Shown here one piece after another: positions 13,301 to 25,774 of a stretch of 64,000 nt of DNA. The stretch is from Pristiophorus japonicus. Its lineage: Eukaryota. Position 1 is the first letter of the stretch. Every line of letters starts with the position of its first letter. The position numbers and the translations under genes are program-made. The notes below the pieces were generated by a model that saw nothing but the letters and a program-made list of their open reading frames with translations, was not told the DNA's origin and did not search any database. The stretch covers positions 429,784,001 to 429,848,000 of the forward strand of contig NC_091977.1 of the NCBI RefSeq assembly GCF_044704955.1. The letters are read 5' to 3'.

Positions 13301-14879
13301 GCATTTGAGTGAGCAATCACCCGTCACTGCCCGGCAGATCAAAACCTGGACAAGCCAGGACCCCTTATTATCCCTAGTCAAAAGCTGTGTGCTTCACGGG
13401 AGCTGGTCCAGTGTCCCAGTGGAAATGCAGGAAGAGATAAAGCTGTTCCAGTGGCGCAAAGATGAAATGTCTACACAGGCAGACTGCCTTCTGTGGGGCG
13501 ATAGTGTAGTGGTCTCCAAGAAGGGCAGAGACACCTTCATCAGTGACCTCCACAGTACCCACCCAGGCATCGTAATGATGACAGCGATAGCCAGATCCCA
13601 CGTGTGGTGGCCCGATATCGATGCGGATTTCGAGTCCTTCATTCACAGATGTAATGCATGCTCACAGTTAAGCAATGAACCCAGAGAGGCGCCACTAAGT
13701 TTATGGTCTTGGCCCTCCAAACCGTGGTCTAGGGTACACGTCAACTATGCAGGCCCGTTCTTGGGTAAAATGTTCCTTGTGGTTGTGGATGAGTACTCCA
13801 AGTGGATTGAATGCGAGATAATGTCGGCTAGCACGTCCGCTGCTACTACTGAAAGCCTGCGGGCCATGTTTGCCACACACGGCCTACCAGATGTCCTTGT
13901 GAGCGACAACGGGCCATGTTTTACCAGTGCTGAGTTCAAAGAATCCATGACCCGCAATGGGATCAAACATATCACATCTGCCCCATTCAAACCAGCGTCC
14001 AATGGTCAGGCAGAGAGAGCAGTGCAAACCCATCAAGCAAGGCTTGAAGAGGGTAATTGAAGTCGCGCTGCAGACTCGCTTATCCCGAGTCCTGCTTAGC
14101 TACCGCACGAGACCCCACTCGTTCACTGCGATCCCACCTGCTGAACTGCTCATGAAAAGAGCACTTAAGACAAGGCTCTCGTTAGTTCACCCTGATCGAC
14201 ATGAACAGGTAGAGAGCAGGCGGCTTCAACAAAGTACATAGCATGATAGCGCAAATGTGTCACGTGAGATTGAAATCAATGATCCTGTATTTGTATTGAA
14301 TTATGGACAAGGTCCCAAGTGACTTCCCGGCACTGTCGTGGCCAAAAAGGGGAGCAGGGTGCTTCGGGTCAAACTTTCAAATGAACTCATTCACCGGAAA
14401 CACTTGGACCAAATCAAACTCAGATTCACGGACTATCCTGAGCAACCCACCTTGGACCCTACCTTTTTTGATCCCCCAACATACACACCAGTGGCAACCG
14501 GCACCACAGTTGACCACGAAGCAGAACCCATCATCCACAGCAGCCCAGCAGGACCCAACAAATGATCCAACAATACCAGCTTTCACACTGAGACAATCAA
14601 CCAGGGCAAGAAGGGCCCCAGATCGACTCACATTGTAAATAGTTACACTATTGACTTTGGCGGGGTGGAGTGTTGTTATATATGTAAACTTGTATTTACT
14701 CTGTACAGCCACCAGAGGGCTTATCCCCGAGAGTCCCAAGGGATCCCATAATCCCTTGGGAGCACAGATATTTTTGGAGGCATCACAGGTTGGAGATGCA
14801 CCCTGGAGACCTGCAATAAAAGACTACGGTCACACTTTACTTTGAGCTCACAGTGTTCAGTCTGACTCTTTCTCCAACA
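10371..14879 (+). mobile_element. Gypsy/Ty3 (Mag-like) LTR retrotransposon 1, structurally complete but mutated
   Basis: LTRs 10371-10580 and 14674-14879 (TG...CA). 5-bp TSD GTTAT at 10366-10370 and 14880-14884. PBS TGGCGACGAG at 10583 (tRNA-Ser-like). Purine-rich tract before the 3' LTR. Confidence 0.95.
10615..14638 (+). pseudogene. gag-pol of Gypsy 1 (Gag with two zinc knuckles, protease, RT, RNase H, integrase), multiple stops and frameshifts
   Basis: CWRCGGDH and CKGC..GHL..C knuckles; LDTGAS; RICGDYK; FQDD; LACDAS; H-X3-HPG...C-X2-C; SDNGP..F; SNGQAER. Domain order PR-RT-RH-IN. Confidence 0.93.
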
Positions 14880-15317
14880 GTTATAACATTAGCTATCCGC
14901 CAGTCGTCTGGCGCTACACCTTTTTCTAACGAATTATTAAATGTGTGGAGTACTGCCTCTGCTATCTCTTCTCGAGATTCTTTTAAATTACATGGATGGA
15001 ATCCGTCCGGATGAGGATTTTTATCCTCTTTGAGTTTGATTAGTTCATTTAATATTTCTCCTCTTTTTATTTTGAATGCAGTGTAATCATTTCTAACCTC
15101 ATCTTCCGATGTCATGTCCACCTGATCCATCTCCCTGGCAAATACTAAAACAAAATAATTATTTAATATTTCTGCTATTTCACTATTGCTGCCTGTGATT
15201 TTATCCTGAGCGTCTCTTAGTGGCCCTATTCCCATCCCGACTTTCCTTTCTTTATTTATGTGCCTAAAGAAGATTTTACTCACTTGTTTTATGATCCTGG
15301 ATTAAATAAGGCTTTTT

Positions 15318-15556
15318 GACATAGAAACACAGAAAATAGGTGCAGGAGTAGGCCATTTGGCCCTTCAAGCCTGCACCACCATTCAATAAGATCATGGCTG
15401 ATCATTCATCTCAGTACCCCTTTCCTGCTTTCGCTCCATACCCCTTGATCCCTTTAGCCGTAAGGGCCATATCCATCTCCCCCTTGAATATATCTAACGA
15501 ACTGGCATCAACAATTCTCTGCGGAAGAGAATTCAACAGGTTAACAACTCTCTGAA
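15318..15556 (-). mobile_element. CR1 3' end fragment
   Basis: Same 3' UTR and tail as the copies at 51457 and 55509. Confidence 0.85.
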
Positions 15557-15768
15557 GCGTAATGGTTACCTGTAGAATTTTCCAACAGCAGATTCAATGT
15601 TTTAATCTATGACTTTACTTGTATAGCCAGGCTGCTTTAAGCTTCACCTCTCCAGAAAAATACCAGTGATGATGTCATGTATGTGGACCATGTATACTAA
15701 CTGTACAGTCACATAAGGTGTGCCACCAGAGGGCACTGCGGTGGGAGACCTGAGGGTCATCTGCATAG

Positions 15769-17129
15769 TCAGTTGGAACAGTTTCAGTTTGGAACAGATT
15801 TTTTTTTTCAAAAGGGGGCGTGTCAGGCCACTTACGCCTGTTTTGAAAGTTTAGACAGTGAAAACTTGCTCCAAACTAACTTAGAATGGAGTCAGTGTAG
15901 ATTTTTGTACGCTCAGAAAAACCTTGCCGACACTGAGAAAATCAGGCGTAGGTTACAAATCAGGCGTAGGGAATGTGGTGGGGGGGTTAAAGGGAAGTTT
16001 ACAAACAATAAATGAGGGGGGGAGGGGAGAGGGGGGGAGGGGAGAGGGAGGGGGGGAGGGGAGAGGGAGGGGGGAGAGGCAAGGGATGGCGGNNNNNNNN
16101 NNNNNNNNNNNNNNNNNNNNNNNNNNNNNNNNNNNNNNNNNNNNNNNNNNNNNNNNNNNNNNNNNNNNNNNNNNNNNNNNNNNNNNNNNNNNNNNNNNNN
16201 NNNNNNNNNNNNNNNNNNNNNNNNNNGGGGGAGAGGAGAGGGAGGGAGGGGGGAGAGGAGAGGGAGGGAGGGGGGAGAGGAGAGGGAGGGAGGGGGGAGA
16301 GGAGAGGGAGGGAGGGGGGAGAGGAGAGGGAGGGAGGGAGGGGGGAGGAGAGGGAGGGGGGAGGAGAGGGAGGGAGGGAGGGAGAGAGGAGAGGGAGGGA
16401 GGGAGAGGGGAGGGAGGAGGCTGAACGGGCCCGGCTGACGTGAAGAAGCCGGGTGCAAGACTTCGGGCGGGGCCCACCCCCAGTAGGATGCTGGGCGGGC
16501 GGGCGGGTCCCGCCGAAGGAGTTAAAGATAGGTGGCCGGGGGAAGCTAAGCTGGAGCCGGAGGGGGTCGTCGGAGCGGGAGCTTGGCGGGGGGGCGGGGG
16601 TCGTCGGAGTGGGAGCTGGTTGGGGGGAGGTCCGGGGGGGAGCAGAGCGGGTGGGGTGGGGGGTCCGGGGGGGAGCGGAGCGGGAGCTGGGGGGGGGGGA
16701 GCTGGGGAGGGGGGTCCGGGGGGGGATAGGAGCGGGAGCGGGCGGTGGGGGGTTGAGAGAGCCAGCTGGAGCCAGAGCAGGAGCTGGGCGTGGGAGGTGC
16801 AGCCCGATCCTCGCAGCCCCAGTGAGGCCATTCGGCCAGGGCTAGGGGCTGAGTGCTTTGGGCCCCTCCCATACAGTTTCAGGCACCTGGAGCTATTACA
16901 CAAGCGCGCCCACTGTAGCGTGCCTGTGCAAAGGTCCCGGCACTGATTTCAGCGCAGGGACCTGGCTCCGCCCCCCACAGCTCGTGCTGCGCTGCGCCGA
17001 GCTCCAAAGGACCTACCTGCAGGGAGTCGGAGAATCTGCAGGTATTTTTTAGGCGCACTTTCGGGCGCGAAAAATGGGCGTCCAGGATGGGGCTGCGCCG
17101 TTCTAGGTGCGGCCCGAAACTTGAGCCCC
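15769..17129. mobile_element. Harbinger-type non-autonomous element with a G-rich low-complexity core, left end lost
   Basis: Right end AAACTTGAGCCC. 15780-15885 is similar in reverse orientation to 59335-59430 of the MITE at 58839. Confidence 0.7.
16014..16420. repeat. Polypurine (GGGA/GGAGA)n tract containing an assembly gap (N run 16093-16226)
   Basis: Seen directly. Confidence 0.95.
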
Positions 17130-17248
17130 AGGTCTGCAAAGGCTGCAGCACAAAGGGACACCTCCAGCGAATGTGCAAAAGAGCTGTGACTCACCACGTG
17201 GAAGAGGAGTCAACAGATGGCTGTGAATCCAGTGCGGATTACAAGTAG

Positions 17249-18127
17249 ATGGCTAGAAAGGCAGCTCAGTCCCAGGACGAAGTGTATGGATTATATACCT
17301 GCACCACAGATTGTCCTCCAGTGAAAATGGAAGTCAAGATAAATGGTATTCCAGTCTTCATGGAAGTGGACACGAGAGCGAGTCAGTCAGTAATGAGCCA
17401 GGAAGCCTTTGAGAGGCGATGGAACAATCAAGCTGAACGACCCAAGCTGGTCCCGGTTCAGGCAAAGCTGCGCACCTACACCAAGGAACTGATATCAGTT
17501 GTTGGTAGTGCGGATGTAAGTGTATCCCATAATGGCGCTGTGCACAATTTACCATTGTGGATTGTTTCAGGTGATGGACCAACGCTACTTGGAAGAAGAT
17601 GGATGGGGAAAATTCATTGGAACTGGGAAGACTTCATCCCTCCAGCAATCGATGTCCCCCATGCTCAGAGGCAGAGCAAGCCCCCATCTTCAGTTGGACC
17701 AGGCACCGGAGAGCAGATCCGCGCAGCCCCCGAAGCACAGACCGCTCATCACGACTGCGTGACGCTGATCCGGCCGAGACGACCCGAACGCACCTTTCCG
17801 GTTTCAGTGGCAGGACTCCTGGGGAGGAAGATTGGATCCAAGGGCACCTTCCCAGCTTCAGTGGCAGAATTCCTGGGAAAGAAGATCGCGGCAGTCGACA
17901 TCATGGACAGGGAAAAGATGGCGTCCAAACCACGAGGTGCAGCGCTAATGGGGCAACGACACATGGTTCCACGCAAGGAAGACAATTGGGGTAAAAGTAG
18001 TAAGGCCATTTTAAAGGGGGCCAGCAACCAGCCATTTTTGAATGAACTGCTTGAAATTGATAACCAATGTAAAAGTACAGCTGTAACGAGCAAAATGTTG
18101 TTGAGCGATGTCTGGTGCAAATTGTAA
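17249..18127 (+). pseudogene. Retrotransposon aspartic protease ORF with a non-RT C-terminal extension
   Basis: MEVDTRASQS (DTG changed to DTR) and LPLWIVSGDGPTLLGRRW are homologous to the Gypsy 1 protease. The following roughly 160 aa are not RT-like. Confidence 0.8.
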
Positions 18128-19934
18128 TCAGCCAATGTAGCGGGTGAACACCTAACGGTCGTATACAGGACCAGTGGGCTACCCAATGCTGTAGCCTGCA
18201 TCCCCGGGACCAGAACGATGTGTCATTAAGTATCCCCACAGTTGACAGAAGTAGACAAGCCTCAGAGTAAACGATCCCCAGAGAGCAGAGACACCGGTAG
18301 CGATACCCTGCCTCAGATTGGTTAACATTGCAGGTACCCGATGGCATGAACCGCCACGGGCCAGAAACAGTAAACTGCGCCTATGCTCGCAGTCGGCTAC
18401 TGTCACCCACCACCCGGGTGGAAAAGGTGCAGCCCACAAACCCACTCGCCACCACGGCAATTCCCAAGAGCGAAGGGTCACCCACAATGTCTCCACCGAA
18501 CGGGACCTGGACCAGCCAGGATTCCAAACTAGAGAGTGCTCACAACGGTGCCCTCCAGGAAAGTGAGTCAGCAATCCCCTGCGAACTGCTAGACAAGACG
18601 AGGCAGCCCCACCGTTGTTTAGACGAAACGCTCATTCGTTCAGGGAGCAGCAGCGACACTGTGCAAACGAAAAGGACAGGGAGGTCACAGACACATCAGT
18701 TGTCTTTGGGCCTGCCCGACACTCGGAGTAACGGCAAGAGCCCTGAGCTCCGGCAACTCGAGCAAAATGAGCTCAACTCGCTCACAGACCCACTAGCATG
18801 GGGCGTTGTGCCGCCACCAGACAACCCGGATCTCATCCGGCCGTGCTGGAACTAGACTGTCCTTGTGTACCTGTACTGATATACCTGTACTGATCATGTA
18901 AATGTACCACACAAAAAGAAACGCAACTGTAATCCACCCAATAAATGTACCAAGATGTAAATGTAAAACCCATGTGATGAACTTGAATGCAACTTGCATG
19001 TAACGGGCCATTAACATGATCTCTGTGTGGGGGGGGAGAATGGAGTCGTCATGGACTCACAACCAGAAACCACTGGGACCTCCACTGGCAACAAATCTCA
19101 CTACCAACCCACCCAAGCTAGAAGTGACCCTCCAAAGGTCAACCAGGAAGAGCAAAGTCCAGGTCACCATCAATGTATGAGTCAATTTGCATTAAAGACT
19201 TGGGGGCGGGGGGTGGGGGAAGTGCTGTCATGTATGTGGGCCATGCATACTAATTGTATCGTCGATTAGGTGTGCCACCAGAGGGCACTGCGGTGGGAGA
19301 CCTGAGGGTCACCTGCATAGGTGCGCAAGGCCGAGTATAAAAGGCTGCCCAGCATGCTTGTGCCTCACTCTGGAGTTACAATAAGTGGGACTAAGGTCAC
19401 AATAGCTCAAGTACAGTACTAGACCTTGTGGAATCATTCATAAGAGTATTAAAGACATCAGATCCTGATTCTGAAAGATGGGAAATGCAGGGCCTGAAAG
19501 TGATTTTTGGTCAGGTTACACATAAAATTGTGCTTTGCACAGCAAGAACTGCCTAAAAAGTGCATGTAAGCAAGGCGAAGAAATAATTTCACACAGCAGA
19601 GAAGCCGCTGATCTTTGTTCTTTAAGTTGAATGGGAGCTTTGAGTCGTTAATTTAATATGTATTGAACTTGATACACCAGAACTGTGTACAATTTTAGCA
19701 GCAGTCAGGAAGTATAGTATCCCCTTTCAGGCGCTGCATTTCTTTCTATTCAGGAACCAGAACATGAACTTCAAGCTTTTTGTTGGAAGATAACATTAAG
19801 ATGATACACAACCTGATTCCTCTCAGTGAGCTGAAATTGACAAAGGCAGAGCTGCCAACTTTTTCAATGATCTCTCCATATTATTTAATTATTTTTACTC
19901 TATGGTGCAGATGACTAGACTTTGAACACACACA

Positions 19935-20061
19935 GGTACAATTTCCGCAGGGGTTCCCCCAATTTCCAAAAGGGGATCAGAAAAACTTTTTAAGGATTTT
20001 ATTGCTGATAGTTTAAAACAGCATTGCAAATTGCAAACTTAACCCCTGCGGAAATTACAGC
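19935..20061. mobile_element. Very small MITE-like element
   Basis: Perfect 16-bp inverted repeat AATTTCCGCAGGGGTT (19940-19955) / AACCCCTGCGGAAATT (20041-20056); flanks ACA/ATA. Confidence 0.65.
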
Positions 20062-20635
20062 ATATGGCTTTGTTATACATTTTTTTAAAAAGGTACAAAA
20101 ATAACTTCTTATATAATTTATTAATAGATCTTTCATGGTATTACTCAGGCAGAGCTAGAGGATAAATTGTTTTATCAAAGCCAGTGATTGAATAAGTCAA
20201 ATTACATTGCTATGTGCATATTGCATAGAAACTAAATGAGTGCCCTTGATCACTAATAAATGGGGACTAAATTGCATTAGCATTCCCTGGCCCAATTTCC
20301 CCCCACGTTCTGACCCTGATTAACCTGAAGACTATAGTAGGCCTTGACTACACCTGATACCCCAGAAGATCGATTAGTATCCATTAAAAGCCTTGCGCGT
20401 AGCATGCATTTATTGTATTATGCCTCTCAAAGTCATGGCCTAGAAATTGGTTTGTGCCAGCCTGGTGGTATTTACTCGACACAGGGAACTATCCCTGCCC
20501 CAGAATGGGTAGGTCCAAGGCACGCCCAATATTGGGCTTCGGGCCTCAGATACACAAAACCGGCGAGCTGCTGGACATCCCCAGGCAGCTCACCAGTGAA
20601 TCGGATTTATATTTCGGGCTCAGCCCTCAGATAGG

Positions 20636-22132
20636 TCCTGGGACTCAGGGGAGGTACCAGAGGATTGGAAAGCAGCTAATGTAATGCCTCTGTTTAAAAA
20701 AGGGGGCAGACAAAAGGCAGGTAACTATAGGCCGGATAGTTTAACATCTGTAGTGGGGAAAATGCTTGAAGCTATCATTAAGGAAGAAATAGTGGGACAT
20801 CTAGACAGGAATAGTGCAATCAAGCAGACGCAACATGGATTCATGAAGGGTAAATCATGTTTAACAAATTTAATGGAATTCTTTGAGGATATAACAAGCA
20901 TGGTGGATAGAGGTGTACCGATGGATGTGGTGTATTTAGATTTCCAAAAGGTATTCGATAAGATGCCACACAAAAGGTTACTGCAGAAGATAGAGGTACG
21001 TGGAATCGGAGGAAATGTATTAGCATGGATGGAGAATTGGCTGGCTAACAGAAAGCAGAAATTCGGGATAAATGGGTCCTTTTTGGGTTGGAAATCGGTG
21101 GTTAGTGGTGTGCCATAGGGATCGGTGCTGGGACCACAACTGTTTACAATATACATAGATGACCTGGAAGAGGGGACAGAGTGTAGTGCAACAAAATTTG
21201 CAGATGACACAAAGATTAGTGGGAAAGCGGGTTGTGTAGAGGACACAGAGAGGCTTCAAAGAGATTTCGATAGGTTAAGCAAATGGGCTAAGGTTTGGCA
21301 GATGGAATACAATGTCGGAAAATGTGAGGTCATCCACCTTGGGGAAAAAAAACAGTAAAAGGGAATATTATTTGAATGGGGAGAAATTACAACATGCTGC
21401 GGTGCAGAGGGACCTGGGGGTCCTTGTGCATAAATCCCAAAAAGTTAGTTTGCAGGTGCAGCAGGTAATCAGGAAGGCGAATAGAATGTTGGCCTTCATT
21501 GCGAGAGGGATGGAGTACAAAAGCAGGGAGGTCCTGCTGCAACTGTACAGGATATTGGTGAGGCCGCACCTGGAGTACTGCGTGCTGTTTTGGTCACCTT
21601 ACTTAAGGAAGGATATACTAGCTTTGGAGGGGGTACAGAGACGATTCACTAGGCTGATTCCGGAGATGAGGGGGTTACCTTATGATGATAGATTGAGTAG
21701 ACTGGGTCTTTACTCGTTGGAGTTCAGAAGGATGAGGGGTGATCTTATAGAAACATTTAAAATAATGAAAGGGATAGACAAGATAGAGGCAGAGAGGTTG
21801 TTTCCACTGGTCGAGGAGACTAGAACTAGGGGGCACAGCCTCAAAATACGGGGGAACCAATTTAAAACCGAGTTGAGAAGGAACTTCTTCTCCCAGAGGG
21901 TTGTGAATCTGTGGAATTCTCTGCCCAAGGAAGCAGTTGAGGCTAGCTCATTGAATGTATTCAAATCACAGATAGATAGATTTTTAACCAATAAGGGAAT
22001 TAAGGGTTATGGGGAGCGGGCGGGTAAGTGGAGCTGAGTCCACGGCCAGATCAGCCATGATCTTGTTGAATGGCGAAGCAGGCTCGAGGGGCTAGATGGC
22101 CTATTCCTGTTCCTAATTCTTATGTTCTTATG
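20636..22132 (+). mobile_element. CR1 LINE, 5'-truncated (RT to 3' UTR)
   Basis: PLFKKG..GNYRP, QHGFMKGKSCLTNL, SGVP*GSVLGP, KFADDTK, C-terminal domain, TTCTTATG tail. Confidence 0.95.
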
Positions 22133-22227
22133 GTATGAGGGGAGGCAATCTGGATGGGGCAGAATCGGAGCTGGCAACAGTCTTCGGCACTGCTGTGGAG
22201 CCGGAAGAAACACTCCTGCTCCTTTCA

Positions 22228-23355
22228 GAACAGAAGAACATAAGAAATAGGTGCAGGAATAGGCCATTTGGCCCCTCGAGCTTGTTCCGCCATTCAATAA
22301 GATCATGGCTGATCTGATCCTAGACTCAGCTCCACTTCCCTGCCCACTCCCCATAACCCTTTACTCTCTTATTGTTCAAAAATCTGTCTATCTTCACCTT
22401 AAATATATTCAATGACCCAGCCTCCACAGCTCTCTGGGGCAGAGAATTCCATATATTTACAACCCTCAGAGAAGAAATTTCTCCTCATCTCAGTTTTAAA
22501 TGGGTGACCCTTTATTCTAAGACTATGTCCCCTAGTTTTAGTTTTCCCTATGAGTGGAAATATCCTCTCTGTATCCACCTTGTCGAGCCCCTCATTATCT
22601 TATGTTTCAATAAGATCACCACTCATTCTTCTAAACTCCAATGAGTATAGGTCCAACCTACTCAACGTATCCTCATAAGTCAACCCCCTCATCTCCGGAA
22701 TCAACCTAGTGAACCTTCTCTGAACAGCCTCTAATGCAAGTATATCCTTCCTTAAATACGGAGACCAAAACTGTACGCAGTGCTCTAGGTGTGGCCTCAC
22801 CAATACCCTGTACAGTTGTAGCAGGACTTGTCTGCTTTTATACTCTATCCCCCTTGTAATAAAGGCCAACATTCCATTTGCCTTCCTGATTACTTGCTGT
22901 TCTTGCTGTACCTGCAAACTAACTTTTTGTGTTTTATGCACAAGGACCCCCAGGTCTCTCTGCACTGCAGCACTTCGCAATTTTTCTTCATTTAAATTAT
23001 AATTTGCTTTTCTATTATTTCTGCCAAAGTGGATAACCTCACATTTTCCCACACTATACTCCAACTGCCAAATTTTCGCCTACTCACTTAGCCTGTCTAT
23101 ATTCCTTTGCATATTTTTTGTGCCCTCCTCACAATTTGCTTTCCCACCTATCTTTGTATCATCAGCAAACTTGGCTACATTACACTCGGTCCCTTCATCC
23201 AAGTCATTAATATAGATTGTAAATAGTTGTGGACCTAGCACTGATCCCTGTGGCACCCAACTAGTTACTGTTTACCAACCAGAAAATGACCCATTTATCC
23301 CGACTCTCTGTTTTCTATTAGTTAGCCAATCCTCTATCCATGCTAATATATTAGC
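22228..23355 (-). mobile_element. CR1 LINE, 5'-truncated
   Basis: KCEVIHFG..RDLGV..LVRPHLE..LYSLEFRR, 3' UTR and tail at about 22228-22250. Confidence 0.93.
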
Positions 23356-24705
23356 CCCAGCTCCACATTCAGGTAAGTATTCTGTTTAAAATTTACCTTT
23401 ATGGCAGCAGCATCCAGTGGTCTCTTTAAGGACCATTGATTAGACTGCATGGTTTCCTGAACGCAACCAGCCCAGAGTCTATTTTCATCTACTGATGCTT
23501 TAGTCGCTTCTGATTGGCTAAAAGTGAACCAAAAGTAAACTTTTATGATGAAAACATATTCATGGCCAACTCTTCAAGCACTCATCAGCTAACAAAAGTA
23601 CTCTGCTGCTCTGCCTTTCATGCAGCAAAAGTATTACCATGCATTGTAATCTACTGTATTTGCACCATTCCATTTTCTGTGATAGCTCTTTTACCCCCTA
23701 CCCTTGAAATTTATTCTCTTAAATTTGTCATTTTAAATTGAAATATTGAATTTTTCATACAAAACTAAATGCAAGATAATTTAGTGTTTCAACCCTTTCT
23801 CCAGCTATCTTAGACTTCTCAGGAATTGACAGAGCCAGCTCCAAAGAAATAATAAAACAGACTCTAATTTATGAAGTATAAAAATTCACCAGAGTGCAGA
23901 ATAGATTGATCCTGTATGAAGGTACAGAAGGCACATTGTCAAATTCCACCATCACATAAGCCTAATAGCCACATAAAACTCAAATAAGATTAAATAACAT
24001 GGACTTCAGTTGAGGTCATCCTTTTTTTAATCAGCAAAAATATTAAGTTACATTTCCACACTCATTCAGGAAGGAAGAGGTACATAAATAAGAAATTTAC
24101 ATCACGTCATTTGCAGTCTAATTCTGTATTGGCCATAACCTCAGGCAGCATTCGAACTATTTACATCCATACTTCAGTTTTGGATTTCTCAGTAGCTGCC
24201 CCCCCCTCCCCCCGAGATGTCTAAATTCAAAGAGTGAAGACAAGGACTAATAGGAAAGCGGACAACTTACAGGGGGAATGGTGGCTCAGTAATCTGCATT
24301 AGTTACAAAAAAACTGCAGAGATAACCTTGGAATAGTCATACAAATGTTTAAAAAATGAAATTGTGCATCTTGGACCAGTAACTACAGTAGCAGATCCAA
24401 AGATTCTCACTCATGCAACAGATCAGAGTTCAAATCCCAGTATCAATTGACATTTATATTTGTTCCTTCTGCAGTGCACATTTCCCAGTGTCAACTTAAT
24501 CACCTTGAAGTGGGGTGGGGCAGAAAGGAGTTTTTCTTCTCTTTCCCCAAATTGAGAAAACTCTCCTACATTCCATACTTATCTCCCTTGGAATGGCTTT
24601 GACTATTTCCATGAGGGGTTTTGAGGAAATGGGGGATATTATTTGAGGCTTTAGACTTTGGAATCAGAAAGTGTTCAGTTGACATATTGCAGAATAAACA
24701 TATCT

Positions 24706-25618
24706 GGAACTCTATTTTCCTCTTTGCTGATTTTTGGCACCCAGGAGGATGTACCCAGGCCGATTTTTTTGTACTTGATTGCACCGAAAAACAAGTTGAA
24801 ACTTTCGCCAAAGTAAAATTTCATTTTGCCGCTGCGGTACCAGAAGTTAAATCTGGGAGTGGAGCTTCAAGTCTGCGCCAAAAGCTGAGGTTGCCAGGGT
24901 AACATGAAACACACTGAGAAAGGTTGCCAGTGTAATGAGAAACACACAGAGGGCTGAAGCTCCACCTGCGAGGTGAAGTTCCACGGCCAGAGCTTGCAGT
25001 GGCGGGGGGGCGGGACTGCCTGAGACTACAGCAGGACCAGGACGGCGGGGGTGGCATTCGGCCTGGGATTGCAGTGCGGGGGGAGGGGGCGCGGCAATTG
25101 GCCGGGGATTGCAGCGGGGCGGGCTATTCAGCCCAGGATTGCAGCGGAACGGGGGGTGGGGGGGCAGGGGGCACTCGGCCCGGAGTTGCCACGGGACCAG
25201 GAGCGGGGGAGGCGAGGGGAACCAACACCAGAATAAGTAATCTGTAATATCAAGAGATGAAAAAGGAGCGTACTAAATATGATCATTATAAGCTATCTTT
25301 GAACAAGACTGAACTGCAAAAAAACCAGCTCCGATACAGATCTGAGCACCAATTTTCGTAACTTAACGTAGGGGTTTTCTGATCAGTACTGAAGGCCACT
25401 CTGCGCCGTCCTTTAAAAAAAATCGGTGTTGGGGAAAATCGCTTAAATAGCCAAAAACGGCACAGAAATCAGTTTTCACTCAGACCTGTGCCATAAAATC
25501 AGGCGCTGACAATCACCGCCGGCGTGCAAACTTTGAGAAAAGTTGCAAAATCAAGAGTGCTTACAACAATCAGCAGACGCCAAAAAAATGGCGCCAAGTA
25601 GTGGCGAAAATTGAGTCC
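24706..25618. mobile_element. Harbinger-type MITE with a GC-rich repetitive core
   Basis: Ends GGAACTCTATTTT / AAAATTGAGTCC. Internal GGGATTGCAGCGG repeats. TSD unclear. Confidence 0.6.
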
Positions 25619-25774
25619 TGAGTCCCCTTGCTACATACAAAGCCATTATCATAAACGGGAGGGGCAGCAGAGACAGGGGTTCACTTGCCGCAAAGAACAG
25701 CATGGAGGAGAATGATTCACCTGCAGGTAGATAAGAGGTTGTGAGCACTGCGTTTGTGTGCTCTGAAAGAAGTT

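Larger units (their letters stand above)
6465..15310 (-). mobile_element. Older CR1 LINE split into pieces (about 6465-6910, 7900-8353, 9144-9529, 10255-10370, 14880-15310) by four nested insertions
   Basis: Colinear CR1 ORF2 segments (KIFFRHINKERK; HHGFQKGKSCLTNLIEFF; DDTKLGG; RDLGI..LVRPHLE; 3' UTR). Sequence rejoins across the target-site duplications. Confidence 0.85.
15673..19460 (+). mobile_element. Non-autonomous Gypsy-derived LTR element (gag knuckle and protease; RT/RNase H absent)
   Basis: Partial 5' LTR 15673-15768 matches 3' LTR 19226-19460, which has TATAAAA and a preceding G-rich PPT. VCKGCSTKGHLQRMC at about 17132. Protease ORF 17249-18127. Only scraps of the pol C-terminal half at 18320-18760. 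Confidence 0.85.
20437..23490. mobile_element. Harbinger-type MITE fragmented by two CR1 insertions (pieces about 20437-20635, 22135-22227, 23356-23490)
   Basis: Starts GGCCTAGAAATT. The pieces resemble the element at 47956 (TCCACATTCAGG...TTTAAA.TTTACCTT shared). Confidence 0.55.

Noticed and set aside
15913-16946. Long Pro-rich and Gly-rich ORFs
   Set aside because: Artefacts of G-rich low-complexity sequence and an N gap inside a MITE.
20725-21246. Long antisense ORFs over CR1, RTE and Gypsy coding regions (this one and many similar)
   Set aside because: Shadow frames of TE ORFs with no independent motifs.
24990-25200. CRISPR-like repeats
   Set aside because: Degenerate GC-rich tandem units inside a MITE, with no regular repeat-spacer structure and no cas genes; the context is eukaryotic.
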